A stretch of 64,000 nucleotides of DNA from NCBI GenBank assembly GCA_964016885.1, contig OZ024743.1, positions 200,694,001-200,758,000 of the forward strand, written 5' to 3'. The position numbers and the translations under genes were made by a program. Under the pieces are notes generated by a model, which worked only from the letters and a program-made list of their open reading frames with translations, had not been told where the DNA came from and made no database searches. Positions 25,051 through 40,747 of the stretch are shown piece after piece (the first letter of the stretch is position 1; the number at the start of each line of letters is the position of its first letter). This stretch comes from Eledone cirrhosa (Eukaryota).

Positions 25051-25924
25051 CAAATTTCACATCACATCACATCACACCACACCACACCACACCACATCAC
25101 ACCACATCACATCACGTCTCGTCTCGTCTCGTCTCGCCTCGCCTCGCCTCATTTCACCACGCCACGCCACATCACATCACATTACATTTCACCACTCCAC
25201 GCCACATTTCATCACATCACATTACATTTCACCACGCCATGCCACATTTCATCACATCACATCACATTTCACCATGCCATGCCACATCACACCACATCAC
25301 ATGCCATCACACCACATGCTACCACACTACATCCCACCACACTCCACTACACCATATCTCCCACCCTACATTGAACCACACTCCACTACACCACACCACT
25401 GTCCACTACACTAAACCACACTACACTACACTACACTACACCACACTACACCATACCACACCACTGTCTATTCGACTGTTTTCTATTTCGTAGGTATGTC
25501 CAGTTACAGTAAGAGAAAGTTATTTCAAAGGATCTGAGTAAGTAAACACTTCATTGACCATCATTTTAAGCAGAATCTCAGTGTAGTTTTAAATTGACCT
25601 TTTCATATGATTACACTTCAGTCTTAACTTAATCACCTGTAGATGGATGCTACATGTAATGTTAAAATTAGTTAAACACTGTTTCCCCCTTCTCATCACA
25701 TGTGGATGCTACATGTGTATTGTTAACATTAATCTAACGTTGTGTCCCCCCCCCCCGCCTCACCATATCATACCACACCACATCACACCATGTTGTACCA
25801 CACCAGACCACATAATACCATGCTATACCATATATATATATATATATATGAGCTCCCCACTCGTTATATTAACTGTATCTCCTCGGTGTTTCGTGAAAGT
25901 CTGAGAGATCAGCTATATATTTGT

Positions 25925-26925
25925 GTGGGCCCCGTTTGTGAGTCGAACCTTTCCCAGACTCGTCTCACTCACCGAGCTGCAATCCTGGGTCAATCAAAGA
26001 CCGAGAAAACTGGGCGCCTGGCACACTGAGTGTGCCCAGGTGCTCACGGCTCTCTGGCAGGCGGACCCGACCCAGTTATCAGTGGAGACTCCACCGTGAC
26101 ATTCTATAGAGGGCTGGTACGCAGCAGGTGCACCGACGCCCTCAGAGAAGCCCTAGACATGGAGGAAGACGAACTGGCCAGCCTGTTCGGTAGGACATTC
26201 AGCCGGGACCTATGGACAACTTCCAGAAGTCCCTGGCCTGGCAGTGCTACCGAGGGGCTCTACCCGTTCGAGAAAAGCTTTACAGACATGGGCGCCCGGG
26301 TAGGGACCCCACCAAATAGATCTGTCCCAGATGCGTGAGCGACGAGGAAACCGTTGCACACGCATTGGTACACTGCTATAACAGGTGGGACCGATCCGGT
26401 TGACAACCAAGGCCATTGTAACAATTAAGCCGCCTCCCCCCTTCAAAGATGAAGGAGAGGTGGTGTTTCTGTGCGTAATAGCCATGGTGAAAGAGGTTTT
26501 ATGGTGGACGCGTCTGAAAGGACTCAGGTCAGGCACCTTTCTCTCTAGCCAACAACTGATCCGTTTCTTCCGATATCATTTTGGAAGAAGGATCAGGACG
26601 GAGAGAGAGATGCTCAACCCCAGTCGTTTTTATGAAAGGTGGGTGAAAGTGGCGAGAATGGCCCGTGTGAATGGCCTTCTCTCTACATCAGCCTGTAGGT
26701 GGAAAAAAGGAAGGAACGAGGGAGCACCCTCTCTCTGTGCTCCTGAGGAGAAGGGGTTGCACACTTTTTTCGGGGGTGTGTGCAACCTCCCAAACGCCCC
26801 CTCCCTATTGAGGACTTTATTGTTAATTTTATATTTGTTATTTGTTTTCTTTACTTGCCTTTTTGTGTAAACTCCCCATTGTATTTGTCCCCTTCTTTTG
26901 CGCCCTAGTGGCAATAAATAGAAAT
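25925..26925 (+). mobile_element. 5'-truncated Tx1/L1-clade LINE (~1.0 kb) with 12-bp TSD
   Basis: AWQCYRGALPVREKLYRHG and CPRCVSDEETVAHALVHC (zf-RVT/CCHC). AATAAA near the 3' end. TSD CTATATATTTGT at 25913-25924 and 26926-26937. Confidence 0.88.
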
Positions 26926-27394
26926 CTATATATTTGTTTACAATTTTTTTTTATATTTAGATGGAAAAGAAGAAAAAGACGACGAAGCAGACGACTAAAA
27001 TGAAGATGACAACAAAGACAAAGAAGACACGGGAAACGAAGATGACGAAAAGAAGAAAGTATGATCTCAGTTCAGTCTAAACCTAATGATTTATAGATAT
27101 GATCTTAGTTCAGTCTTAACCTAATGATTTATAGATATGATCTTAGTTCAGTCTTAACCTAATGACCTGTCGATACGATCTATTTAGGTTTAACTTAAAC
27201 AGTCAAAGATATTTGTATAAATTTTTGTTGATGTTTGACATTGTTTTTTAGTTATGAAATAGATTATAAGCTACATTATAGGATCACAGTGCATGAGCAC
27301 ACTGCTCTTTAAATTAACTTTATCTCCTCAGCACTTTGTAAGTCTGAGAGATAGGCAACATATGTTTAACATTCTTTGTTTTTGGTATTTAGAT

Positions 27395-27645
27395 GGCAGA
27401 GGAGAAGATAAAGGCAGAGGAGAAGATAAAGGCAGAGGAGAAGATAAAGGCACAGAAGAAGTCAAAGGCACAGAAGAAGTCAAAGGCACAGAAGAAGTCA
27501 AAGGCACAGAAGAAGTCAAAGGCACAGAAGAAGTCAAAGGCACAGAAGAAGTCAAAGGCACAGAAGAAGTCAAAGGCACAGAAGTCAAAGGCACAGAAGT
27601 CAAAGGCACAGAAGAAGTCAAAGGCACAGAAGAAGACAAAGAAAA
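27395..27645 (+). repeat. 18-bp purine-rich minisatellite (AAAGGCACAGAAGAAGTC)
   Basis: About 13 tandem copies, two shortened to 15 bp. Confidence 0.9.
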
Positions 27646-27964
27646 TGAACAAGAAGAACAATTATTATTACTATTATTATTGTTATTATTATTTGTATTA
27701 TTATAATCAAACTAAGCCACACTACATCAACCTATACAATACCATACCACACCAAACTGACAAACATTATACCATACCACATTATCCAACACCACACTAC
27801 GAAACACTGTACGACCTCACATCAGACCATGCTATGAAACAATATACCATACTACACTATACAACAATAGACAACACCACACAAGACTATGAAACACTAT
27901 ACTTTACCACACTATATCACACCACTCAAGTTAGAGAGGATCAACTTTTTTCCTGGAAAGTAGA

Positions 27965-30900
27965 AAACCTAACTTTAAGCTAAAACCGAACTTTAAAAAT
28001 AACACTTACCCTAACACTTGTACTCACACATGCTCTAACAGTGAACTTAGCGCTAACATGAAAACTAACACAAACACAAAATCTGAAAACTAACATTAAA
28101 TAGAAAACTAACACAAACACTAACCTGAACACTAACACTAAAACTGACACGAACACTAACCTGAACACCAGCACTAAAACTAACACTAATACAAACACTA
28201 ACCTGAACACTTACACTAAAACTAACATTAGCACAAACATTAGCCTGAACACTAGCACTAAAACTAACACTACCATAAACACTAACACTAAAAGTAGCAC
28301 TAACACAAAGACTAATCTGAAAACTGATACTAACCAGAAAACTAAGCTAACATTAACTTCAACACTAAAACAAACACTAACGCTAACAGAAATATTAACA
28401 CAAAAACAAACACTAAAACAATCTCTAACACTAACCTCAACACTAACATTAACTTGAACACTAACTCTAACCTGAAAACTAAGCTAACATTAACCTCAAC
28501 ACTAACATAAACACTAATGCTAACACTAACAGAAATACTAACGCTAACCTTAACACAAAAACAAAGACTAATGTTAATGGAAACATCAAACACTAATGCT
28601 AACAGAGATACTAACACAAATATTAACACAAAAACAAATACTAACACTAACACAATCTCTAACACTAACCTTAACACTAAAACTAACACTAACATTAACT
28701 TGAACACTAACACTAACCTGAACACTTACACTAAAACTAACACTAACAGAGATACTAACACAAATATTAACACAAAAACAAACACTAACACAATCTCTAA
28801 CACTAAAACTAACATTAACTTTAACACTAACCTGAAAACTAAGCTAACATTAGCCTCAACACTAACACAAACACTCATGCTAACACTAACAGAAATACTA
28901 ATGCTAACATTAACACAAAAACAAAGACTAATGCTAACACAATCACTAACACTAATGGAAACATCAATCACTAATGCTAACAGAGATACTAACACAAATA
29001 CTAACACAAATATTAACACAAATATTAACACAAATATTAACACAAATATTAACACAAATATTAACACAAAAACAAACACTAACACAATCTCTAACATTAA
29101 CCTTAACACTAAAACTAACATTAACACTAACACTAACCTGAACACTTACACTAAATCTAACATTAACCTAAACACTAGCACTAAAACTAACACTACCATA
29201 AACAGTAACACAAACTCTAACACTGATCTGAGCACTAACACTAACACTACCATAAAAACTAACACTAAAAAAAACACTAACACTAACCTGAACACTTACA
29301 CTAACAGAGATACTAACACAAATATTAACACAAAAACAAACACTAACACAATCTCTAACACTAAAACTAACATTAACTTTAACACTAACCTGAAAACTAA
29401 GCTAACATTAGCCTCAACACTAACACAAACACTCATGCTAACACTAACAGAAATACTAATGCTAACATTAACACAAAAACAAAGACTAATGCTAACACAA
29501 TCACTAACACTAATGGAAACATCAATCACTAATGCTAACACAAATATTAACACAAATATTAACACAAATATTAACACAAATATTAACACAAATATTAACA
29601 CAAATATTAACACAAATATTAACACAAAAACAAACACTAACACAATCTCTAACATTAACCTTAACACTAAAACTAACATTAACACTAACACTAACCTGAA
29701 CACTTACACTAAATCTAACATTAACCTAAACACTAGCACTAAAACTAACACTACCATAAACAGTAACACAAACTCTAACACTGATCTGAGCACTAACACT
29801 AACACTACCATAAAAACTAACACTACCATAAAAACTAACACTACCATAAAAACTAACACTAAAAAAAACACTAACACTAACCTGAACACTAACACTAAAA
29901 CTAACAAGAAAACTTATACTAACCAGAAAACTAAGCTAACATTAACCTCAACACTAAAACAAACACTAACATTAACAGAAAAACAAAGACTAGCACTAAC
30001 ACTAATGGAAACACTTACACAAACATTAACACAAAATAAAACACTAACACTAAAACTAACACTACCGTAAATACTAACCTGAACACTAACACTAAAACTG
30101 ACATTAACATGAACATTAACCTGAACACTAACACTACCACTAAAACTAACACTACCATAAACCACTAACCTGAGCACTAACACTAAAAGTAACACGGGGC
30201 CCTAATCTGAAAACTAACACTAACCAGAAAACTAAGTCAACATTAACTTGAACACTAACACAAACACTAACACTAACAAAAATGCTAACACTAATACAAA
30301 ATCAAACACTAATGGAAACACTAACGCCAACGCTGACACTGATGAAGATGGCTATGCTGGCACAAACGCTAGCGCAAATGTTGACACAATCGCTTACGCT
30401 GACACAAACACTAACGTGAATACTGATGCAGGTGCAAAGGTGAATGCTGACAAAGACTGACGCACACGCTGATGTAAATGCTACACAGACTCTAACGCTG
30501 ATGTGGACACTGACACAAATGCTCACGCTGATGCAAACACTAAAGCAAATGCAGACACTAATGCAAACATAGACGCAAATGTTGATGCAGATGTTAAAGC
30601 AAACACAAATGCTGACGCAAACGATGACAGCGATGCTAATGTGAACTTTAATGCAGACGTAAACATTGATGTAGAAGCTAAAGGAAACACTGATGCAAAC
30701 ACTAATGAAAATGCTGACACAAATGCTAACACACGTTAACACAGATGCTAACGTAAAGACTGACGCAGATGCTAATATAAACGCTGACGCAGACGCCAAC
30801 GTAAACGATGACGTAGAAGCTAACGTAAACGATGACACAGACGCAAATGTAAACACTGACGCTGATGTAGATGTAAATACAGACGCTGACATAGAAGCTA

Positions 30901-32360
30901 ACACAAACGCTGAGAGAGACACTAATGTAAGCACTGACGTAGAAGCTAATGTAGATGCTGACGTAGAAGCTAACGTAAAGGATGACGTAGAAGCTAATGT
31001 AGACGCTGACATAGAAGCTAACGTAAATGCTGACGTAGAAGCTAACGTAAATGCTGACGTAGAAGCTAACGTAAACGCTGACGTAGAAGCTAACAAAACG
31101 CTACGTAGTTGTTACGTAGAAGCAGGCGTAGAAATTAGCGTTTACCCTTACCGCCGAAGCTGATCTCCAAAACGCAATTGCTGATGCGGATTGCTGAAGC
31201 CAAAGCCAAGCTAACGCTGACGCAAATGTTGAGGCAGTACGCCGGCGCTGTCGTGTATGCTGATACTAATGCAAATGCTGATGCGGACGCTATGGCTAAG
31301 GCTAACGCTGATGCAAATGCTGAAGTTAACGCTTACATGGGATATGCAGACGGTGCAATGACGCGGACGCCACAGGAAAGGTTAATGGAAATGCTAATGC
31401 TAACGGAAAACGCTGACGTAGACGTTACGGAAACGCTGACGTAGAAGCTAACGTAAATGCTGACACAGGCACTAACGTAAATGCTGACACAGACGCTAAC
31501 GTAAACGCTGACACAGACGCTAACGTAAACACTGACGTTAACTGAAACGCTGACGCTGATGTAGATGTAAATACTGACGCTGACACAGACGTGGTCGGAA
31601 ACGCTGACATAGAAGCTAACAGAAACACTGACACAGACGCTAACGTAAACACTGACGTAGAAGCTAACGGAAACACTGACACAGACGCTAACGTAAACAC
31701 AGACGTAGAAGCTAACGGAAACACTGACACAGACGCGGTCGGAAATGCTGACAAAGACGTTAAAGGAAACGCTAATGCTAATGTGAATGCTGATGCAGAT
31801 GCTGACGCAAATGCTAACCCCTACACAAATGCAAACACTGACGCTAACACTGACTCAAACACTAATGCAAATGCTGACGTGCACGCTGATGCAAAATCTG
31901 ACACTGAGGGAAATGCTGACACTGACACAAGTGCTGACGCGGACGCTAATGATAATGCTGACTCAGAAGCTGACGTAGACGTAGGCACTGAAACAAACAC
32001 GAATGCTAACACTAATGTTTACTCAGACGTTAAGGGAAATGCTGACTGCAATCACTATCACCAGTGCAGACGCTGACGCAAATGCTGACATAGATGCTGA
32101 CACTTACGCAAACACTAAGGCTAATCCAAACACTAACACAGATGCTAACACCAGTCTACATAGACACTAACACAAAAGCTTACATAGAGGCTTATGCAAA
32201 TGCTAACGCTGATGCAGACAGTAACGCAAACAGTAACTGTAAGAGTAACAGTTACAGTAACACTAACCGTGACAGTAATGCTAACAGTAACACAGTCACT
32301 AACAATAAACTTACCATTAACAGTAAAACTTACCCAAACACTAACCCTAAATCTAATATT
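27965..32360 (+). repeat. 4.4-kb degenerate hexamer array (AACACT grading into AACGCT/GACGCT) with a 558-bp internal duplication
   Basis: Hexamer periodicity throughout; the block at ~28740 recurs at ~29298. Confidence 0.85.
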
Positions 32361-32559
32361 AATCCAGAGAAAAAAGTCATTTGCAATCACATTTAAGGTC
32401 ACTCTTTAAGATATAGAAGATAGGCATTACATTTTAATGATTTTAATTTAAAGAGAATCACGCTATACGATGCAACACATTAACACACCACACTAACCTA
32501 CACTACACCAAACCAGATTATACCATACCTTGGTAAATTTATGATAGGTTTCCATGTTA

Positions 32560-35500
32560 TAACTACACCAAACTAAACCATACCAAACCACACCATAACA
32601 AACTACACCATACTACATCACACCATGCTATTGAACTCAGTGTGAAAAATTTTCTTCCTGCTTTTTTTGTCTTTTTTTGTGTGTGCTTACCACCCAATCT
32701 GACATTAAAAGTGTTCGCAATTAACTATTTTTTGCACATATTATCAATGAAGACTTTGAAACCTGTTGAAAATGACGAGCTTTGTAGAAAAAAGAGGGCG
32801 GAAAGTGGGTGGAAATACCATTCACAAAGCTTGTCATTTTTGATTGCAGTGAAAGTCATATTTGTTGTTAATATGGTAATGGAGGCACATGGCTTAGTGG
32901 TTAGAGCATTGGCCTTGCAATCGAAAGGTTGTGAGTTCAATTCTCAGACCAGGTGGTGTGTTGTTTCCTTGAGCAAGACTTTATTTCACATTGCTCCAGT
33001 TTACTCAGCTGTAGGGGTCCCTATCATTCCACTGCAAAGTGGTCGTGTAGGTGCCACGGCAAAAACCACCCAGCACTCACTGGAAATGAGGTTGGTGTTA
33101 GGAAAGGCATCCAGCTGTAGAAATCAAGCCAGAATCAGTTCCCGTCCCACCCTTGTAAGCAGGGAAAAGTGGACGTAAAATGATGATGATGATGGTAAAA
33201 GCATAGTCGGCTGTGAGCATGTTGGAGGTTGGAAAACCATACCACATTAAACTACATTCAACTACACCATACCAAACAACACCATACTACATCACACCAT
33301 GCTATTAATCTCAGTGAGAACATTTTTCTTCCTGTTTTTTTTTTTTTCTGTGTGTGTGTGTGTGTGTGCATACCACCCAATCTGATATCAAAGGTGCTCA
33401 CAAATGACTATTTTTTTACACATTATCAATGGATATAACATGGAAACCGATCATTTGCAATAGGTTCCCATGTCATAATTACAACAATCCAAACCACACC
33501 ATAACAAACTACACCATTCTACATCACACCATGCTTTTCATCTCAGTGTGAAAAATTTTCTTCCAGTTTTTTTTTTTTTTTTGTGTGTGTGTTCTTACCA
33601 CCCAATCTGACATCAAAGGTGCTGCAATTGACTATTTTTCACACATATTATCAATAATTATGACATGGAAAACTGTCGAAAATGACTAGCTTTGTAGAAA
33701 AAAGAGGGAGGATGTGGCTGGAAATACCATTTACAAAGTTAGTCATTTTTTATTGCAGCAGAAGTCATATTTTTTGTTAATGTGCTAAAAGCATAGTCCA
33801 CTGCGAGCATCTTGGAAGTTGTATTAGTTGATAGCACATGCAAAAGTGAAGGAAAACATTTTTTTTCTTACACAAATCAAAGTGGAAATTTAAATCCTTA
33901 CTTATAACAAAGCACACCACACCACATTAATCTACCCCAAACCACACCATAGCAAACCGCACTATATTACGGTAAATTTATTACAGAACACCTACTCCTA
34001 TCATTTACATCACACCATGGTACGGACATCAATGTGACAAATTTGTGCTCAGAATTTTTTTTTTTTTTCACATATCAATAATTATGACATGGAAACCTGT
34101 CGAAAATGACTATCTTTGTACAAACTTCACCAAACCACACCATACTACATCACACTAAGATATTGATTTTGGTGTGACAAAATTTTCATTTGGCATTTTT
34201 TTTTTTTTTTTTGTGTGCTTACCACCCAATTTGACATATATGGTGCTCGCAAATTACTATTTTATGCACATATTATCAATGGTTATGACAAGGAAACCTG
34301 ATGAAAATGACTAGCTTTGTAGAAAAAAGAGGGAGGATGTGGGTGGAAATAGCATTTACAAAGCTAGTCATTTTTTATGGCAGCGTAAGTCATATTTTTT
34401 GTTAATATGCTAAAAGCATAGTCCACTGCGACCATCTTGGAAGTTGATAGCACATGCAAAAATGAAGGAAACATTTTTTTTATAACATAAATCAAAGTGG
34501 AAATTTAAATCCTCACTTATAACAAAGCACACCACAGCACATTAATCTACCCCAATCCACACCATAACCATACTTCACTATATGGTAAATTAATTACAAC
34601 ACACCATGGTATGGACATCAATGTGACAAATTTGCTACCTGCTTTTTTTTTTTTGTGGTTACCACCTCAAACTAACATTAAAGGTGCTCGCAAATGACTA
34701 TTTTCCCCACACATTATCAATGAAGATGACATGGGAATCTATCGTATACAATTGGTTTCCAATTCATAACTTCACCAAACCAAACCACACTATAGCAAGT
34801 TACACCATACTACATCACACCAAGCTATTGATCTTGGTGTGAAACATTTTCTTCCCGTTTCCTTTTTTTTTTTTTTTGTGTGTGCTTACCAACCAATCTG
34901 ACATTAAAGGTGCTCCCAATTGACTATTTTTTTTTCCACTTATCAATAATTATGACATGGAAACCTGTCGAAAATGACTATCATTGTAGAAACTTCACCA
35001 AACAACACCATACTACATCACACCAAGCTATTGATTTTGGTGTGACAAATTTTCATCCGGCAATTCTTTTTTTTTTTTTTTTTTTTTTGTGGTTACCACC
35101 CAAACTAACATCAAAGCTGCTTGCAAATGACTATTTTCCCACATTATCAATGAATATGACATGGGAATCTATCGTTTAGAATTGGTTTCCATTTCATAAG
35201 TTCACCAAACCAAACCACACCATACCAATTTACACCATACTACATCGCACCAAGCTATTGATCTTGGTGTGAAACATTTTCTTCCGTTTCCTTTTTTATT
35301 TCTGTGTGATGACTACCCAATCTGACATTAAAGGTGCTCATAATTTTCTTTTTTTTTTCACATATCAATAATTATGACATGGAAACCTGTCGAAAATGAC
35401 TATCTTTGTTCAAACTTCAACAAACCACACCATACTACATCACACCAAGTTATAGATATTGGTGTGACAAATTTTCATTTGGCCCTTTTTTTTTTTTTTC

Positions 35501-36324
35501 TTTTTTTTGTGTGTGCTTACCACCCAATTTGACATAAATGGTGCTCGCAAAATACTATTTTATGCACATATCAAAGGTTATGACATGGAAACCTGATGAA
35601 AATGACTAGCTTTGTAGAAAAAAGAGGGAGGATGTGGGTGGAAATAGCATTTACAAAGCTAGTCATTTTTTATTGCAGCGTAAGTCATATTTTTTGTTAA
35701 TATGCTAAAAGCATAGTCCACTGCGAGCATCTTGGAAGTTAATAGCACATGCAAAAATGAAGGAAAAATTTTTTTTCTAACATAAATCAAATTGGAAATT
35801 TAAATCCTCACTTATAACAAAGCACACCACATCACATTAATCTACCCCAATCCACACCATAACCATACTTCACTATATGGTATGGACATCAATGTGACAA
35901 ATTTGCGACCTGCTTTTTTTTTTTTGTGGTTACCACCTCAAACTAACATCAAAGGTGCTTGCAAATGACTATTTTCCTCACACATTATCAATGAATATGA
36001 CTTGGGAATCTATCGTTTAGAATTGGTTTCCATTTCATAACTTCACCAAACCAAACCACACCATACTCAGTTACACCATACTACATCACACCAAGCTATT
36101 GATCTTGGTGTGAAATATTTTCTTCCTGTTTCCTTTTTTTTTTTTGTGTGTGTGCTTACCACCAAATCTGACGTTAAAGGTGCTCCCAATTGACTATTTT
36201 CTTTCCACATATCAATAATTATGACATGGAAACCTGTCGAAAATGACTATCTCTATACAAACTTCACCAAACCACACCATACTACATCACACCAAGATAT
36301 AGATTTTGGTGTGACAAATTTTCA

Positions 36325-36356
<32 letters not shown>

Positions 36357-39300
36357 TTGTGTGTGCTTACCACCCAATTTGACATAAATGGTGCTCGCAA
36401 ATTACTATTTTATGCACATATTATCAATGGTTATGACATGGAAACCTGATGAAAATGACTAGCATTGTAGAAAAAAGTGGGAGGATGTGGGTGGAAATAC
36501 CATTTACAAAGCTAGTCATTTTTTTATTGCAGTGGAAGTCATATTTTTTGTTAATATGCTAAAAGCATAGTCCACTGCGAGCATCGTGGAAGTTGATAGC
36601 ACATGCAAAAATGAAGGAAAAATGTTTTTTCTAACATAAATCAAAGTGCAAATTTAAATCCTCACTTATAACAAAGCACACCACAGCACATTAATCTACC
36701 CCAATCCACACCATAACCATACTTCACTATATGGTAAATTAATTACATCACACCATGGTATGGACATCAATGTGACAAATTTTCTACCTGCTTTTTTTTT
36801 TTTTTTTGTGGTTACCACCTCAAACTAACATCAAAGGTGCTTGCAAATAACTATTTTCCCTACACATTATCAATGAAAATGACATGGGAATCTATTGTTT
36901 AGAATTGGTTTCCATTTCATAACTTCACCAAACCAAACCACACCATACCAAGTTACACCATATTACATCACACCAAGCTATTGATCTTGGTGTGAAACAT
37001 TTTCTTCCTGTTTCCTTTTTTTTTTTTTGTGTGTGTGCTAACCACCAAATCTGACATTAAAGGTGCTCCCAATTGACTATTTTTTTTCCACATATCAAAT
37101 ATTATGACATGGAAACCTGTCGAAAATGACTATCTTTGTAGAAACTTCACCAAACAACACCAAACTACATCACACCAAGCTATTGATTTTGGTGTGACAA
37201 ATTTTCATACGTTAATTTTTTTTTTTTTTTTTTGTGCCTGCCACCCAATTTGACATAAATGGTGCTCGCAAATTACTATTTTATGCACATATTATCAATG
37301 GTTATGACATGGAAACCTGATAAAAATGACTAGCTTTGTAGAAAAAAGAGGGAGGATGTGGGTGGAAATACCATTTACAAAGCTAGTCATTTTTTATGGC
37401 AGCGTAAGTCATATTTTTTGTTAATATGCTAAAAGCATAGTCCACTGCGAGCATCTTGGAAGTTGATAGCACATGCAAAAATGAAGGAAACATTTTTTTT
37501 CTAACATAAATCAAAGTGCAAACTTAAATCCTCACTTATAACAAAGCACACCACAGCACATTAATCTACCCCAATCCACACCATAACCATACTTCACTAT
37601 ATGGTAAATTAATTATCACACCATGGTATGGACATCAATGTGACAAATTTGCTACCTGCTTTTTTTTTTTTTTGGTGGTTACCACCTCAAACTAACATCA
37701 AAGGTACTTGCAAATAACTATTTTCCCTACACATTATCAATGAATATGACATGGGAATCTGTCGTTTACAATTGGTTTCCATCTCATAACTTCACCAAAC
37801 CAAACCACACCATACCGAGTTACACCATACTACAGCACATCAAGCTATTGATCTTGGTGTGAAACATTTTCTTCCTGTTTCCTTTTTTTTTTGTGTGTGT
37901 GCTTACCACCAAATCTAACATTAAAGGTGTTCCCAATTGACTATTTTTTTTCCACATATCAATAATTACGACATGGAAACCTGTCGAAAATGACTATCTT
38001 TGTACAAACTTCACCAAACCACACCATACTACATCACACCAAGTTATAGATTTTGATGTGACAAATTTTCATCTGGCATTTTTTTTTTTTTTTTTTTTTT
38101 TAGTGCGTGCTTACCACCCAATTTGACATAAATGGTGCTCGCAAATTACTATTTTATGCACATATTATCAATGGTTATGACATGGAAACCTGATGAAAAT
38201 GACTAGCTTTGTAGAAAAAAGAGGGAGGATGTGGGTGGAAATACCATTTACAAAGCTAGTCATTTTTTTATTGCAGTGGAAGTCATATTTTTTGTTAATA
38301 TGCTAAAAGCATAGTCCACTGCGAGCATCGTGGAAGTTGATAGCACATGCAAAAATGAAGGAAAAATGTTTTTTCTAACATAAATCAAAGTGCAAATTTA
38401 AATCCTCACTTATAACAAAGCACACCACAGCACATTAATCTACCCCAATCCACACCATAACCATACTTCACTATATGGTAAATTAATTACATCACACCAT
38501 GGTATGGACATCAATGTGACAAATTTTCTACCTGCTTTTTTTTTTTTTTTTGTGGCTACCACCTCAAACTAACATCAAAGGTGCTTGCAAATAACTATTT
38601 TTCCTACACATTATCAATGAAAATGACATGGGAATCTATTGTTTAGAATTGGTTTCCATTTCATAACTTCACCAAACCAAACCACACCATACCAAGTTAC
38701 ACCATATTACATCACACCAAGCTATTGATCTTGGTGTGAAACATTTTCTTCCTGTTTCCTTTTTTTTTTTTTGTGTGTGTGCTTACCACCAAATCTGACA
38801 TTAAAGGTGCTCCCAATTGACTATTTTTTTTCCACATATCAAATATTATGACATGGAAACCTGTCGAAAATGACTATCTTTGTAGAAACTTCACCAAACA
38901 ACACCAAACTACATCACACCAAGCTATTGATTTTGGTGTGACAAATTTTCATACGTTAATTTTTTTTTTTTTTTTTGTGCCTGCCACCCAATTTGACATA
39001 AATGGTGCTCGCAAATTACTATTTTATGCACATATTATCAATGGTTATGACATGGAAACCTGATAAAAATGACTAGCTTTGTAGAAAAAAGAGGGAGGAT
39101 GTGGGTGGAAATACCATTTACAAAGCTAGTCATTTTTTATGGCAGCGTAAGTCATATTTTTTGTTAATATGCTAAAAGCATAGTCCACTGCGAGCATCTT
39201 GGAAGTTGATAGCACATGCAAAAATGAAGGAAACATTTTTTTTCTAACATAAATCAAAGTGCAAACTTAAATCCTCACTTATAACAAAGCACACCACAGC

Positions 39301-40707
39301 ACATTAATCTACCCCAATCCACACCATAACCATACTTCACTATATGGTAAATTAATTATCACACCATGGTATGGACATCAATGTGACAAATTTGCTACCT
39401 GCTTTTTTTTTTTTTTGGTGGTTACCACCTCAAACTAACATCAAAGGTACTTGCAAATAACTATTTTCCCTACACATTATCAATGAATATGACATGGGAA
39501 TCTGTCGTTTACAATTGGTTTCCATCTCATAACTTCACCAAACGAAACCACACCATACCGAGTTACACCATACTACAGCACATCAAGCTATTGATCTTGG
39601 TGTGAAACATTTTCTTCCTGTTTCCTTTTTTTTTTGTGTGTGTGCTTACCACCAAATCTGACATTAAAGGTGTTCCCAATTGACTATTTTTTTTCCACAT
39701 ATCAATAATTACGACATGGAAACCTGTTGAAAATGACTATCTTTGTACAAACTTCACCAAACCACACCATACTACATCACACCAAGTTATAGATTTTGAT
39801 GTGACAAATTTTCATCTGGCATTTTTTTTTTTAATTTTTAATTTTTTTTTTAGTGCGTGCTTACCACCCAATTTGACATAAATGGTGCTCGCAAATTACT
39901 ATTTTATGCACATATTATCAATGGTTATGACATGGAAACCTGATGAAAATGACTAGCTTTGTAGAAAAAAGAGGTAGGATGTGGGTGGAAATACCATTTA
40001 CAAAGCTAGTCATTTTTTATTGCAGTGGAAGTCATATTTTTTGTTAATATGCTAAAAGCATAGTCCACTGCGAGCATCGTGGAAGTTGATAGCACATGCA
40101 AAAATGAAGGAAAAATGTTTTTTCTAACATAAATCAAAGTCCACTGCAATAAACTTAAATCCTCACTTATAACAAAGCACACCACAGCACATTAATCTAC
40201 CCCAATCCACACCATAACCATACTTCACTATATGGTAAATTAATTACATCACACCATGGTATGGACATCAATGTGACAAATTTGCTACCTGCTTTTTTTT
40301 TTTTTTTGGTGGTTACCACCTCAAACTAACATCAAAGGTGCTTGCAAATAACTATTTTCCCCACACATTATCAATGAATATGACATGGGAATCTATCGTT
40401 TACAATTGGTTTCCATTTCATAACTTCATCAAACCAAACCACACCATACCGAGTTACACCATACTACAGCACACCAAGCTATTGATCTTGGTGTGAAACA
40501 TTTTCTTCCTGTTTCCTTTTTTTTTTTGTGTGTGTGCTTACCACCAAATCTGACATTAAAGGTGCTCCCAATTGACTATTTTTTTTACACATATCAATAA
40601 TTATGACATGGAAAGCTGTCGAAAATGACTATCTTTGTAAAAACTTCACCAACCCACACCATACTACATCACACCATGCTATTCATTTTGGTGACAAATT
40701 TTCATAT

Positions 40708-40747
<40 letters not shown>

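Noticed and set aside
28342-32409. Asn/Thr- and Ala/Asp-rich ORFs as adhesin or ice-binding-like proteins
   Set aside because: Hexamer repeat open in several frames on both strands, with scattered stops and no signal peptide or splice support.
32881-32955. tRNA gene
   Set aside because: The A/B boxes belong to a multi-copy SINE head that continues into a LINE-derived tail.
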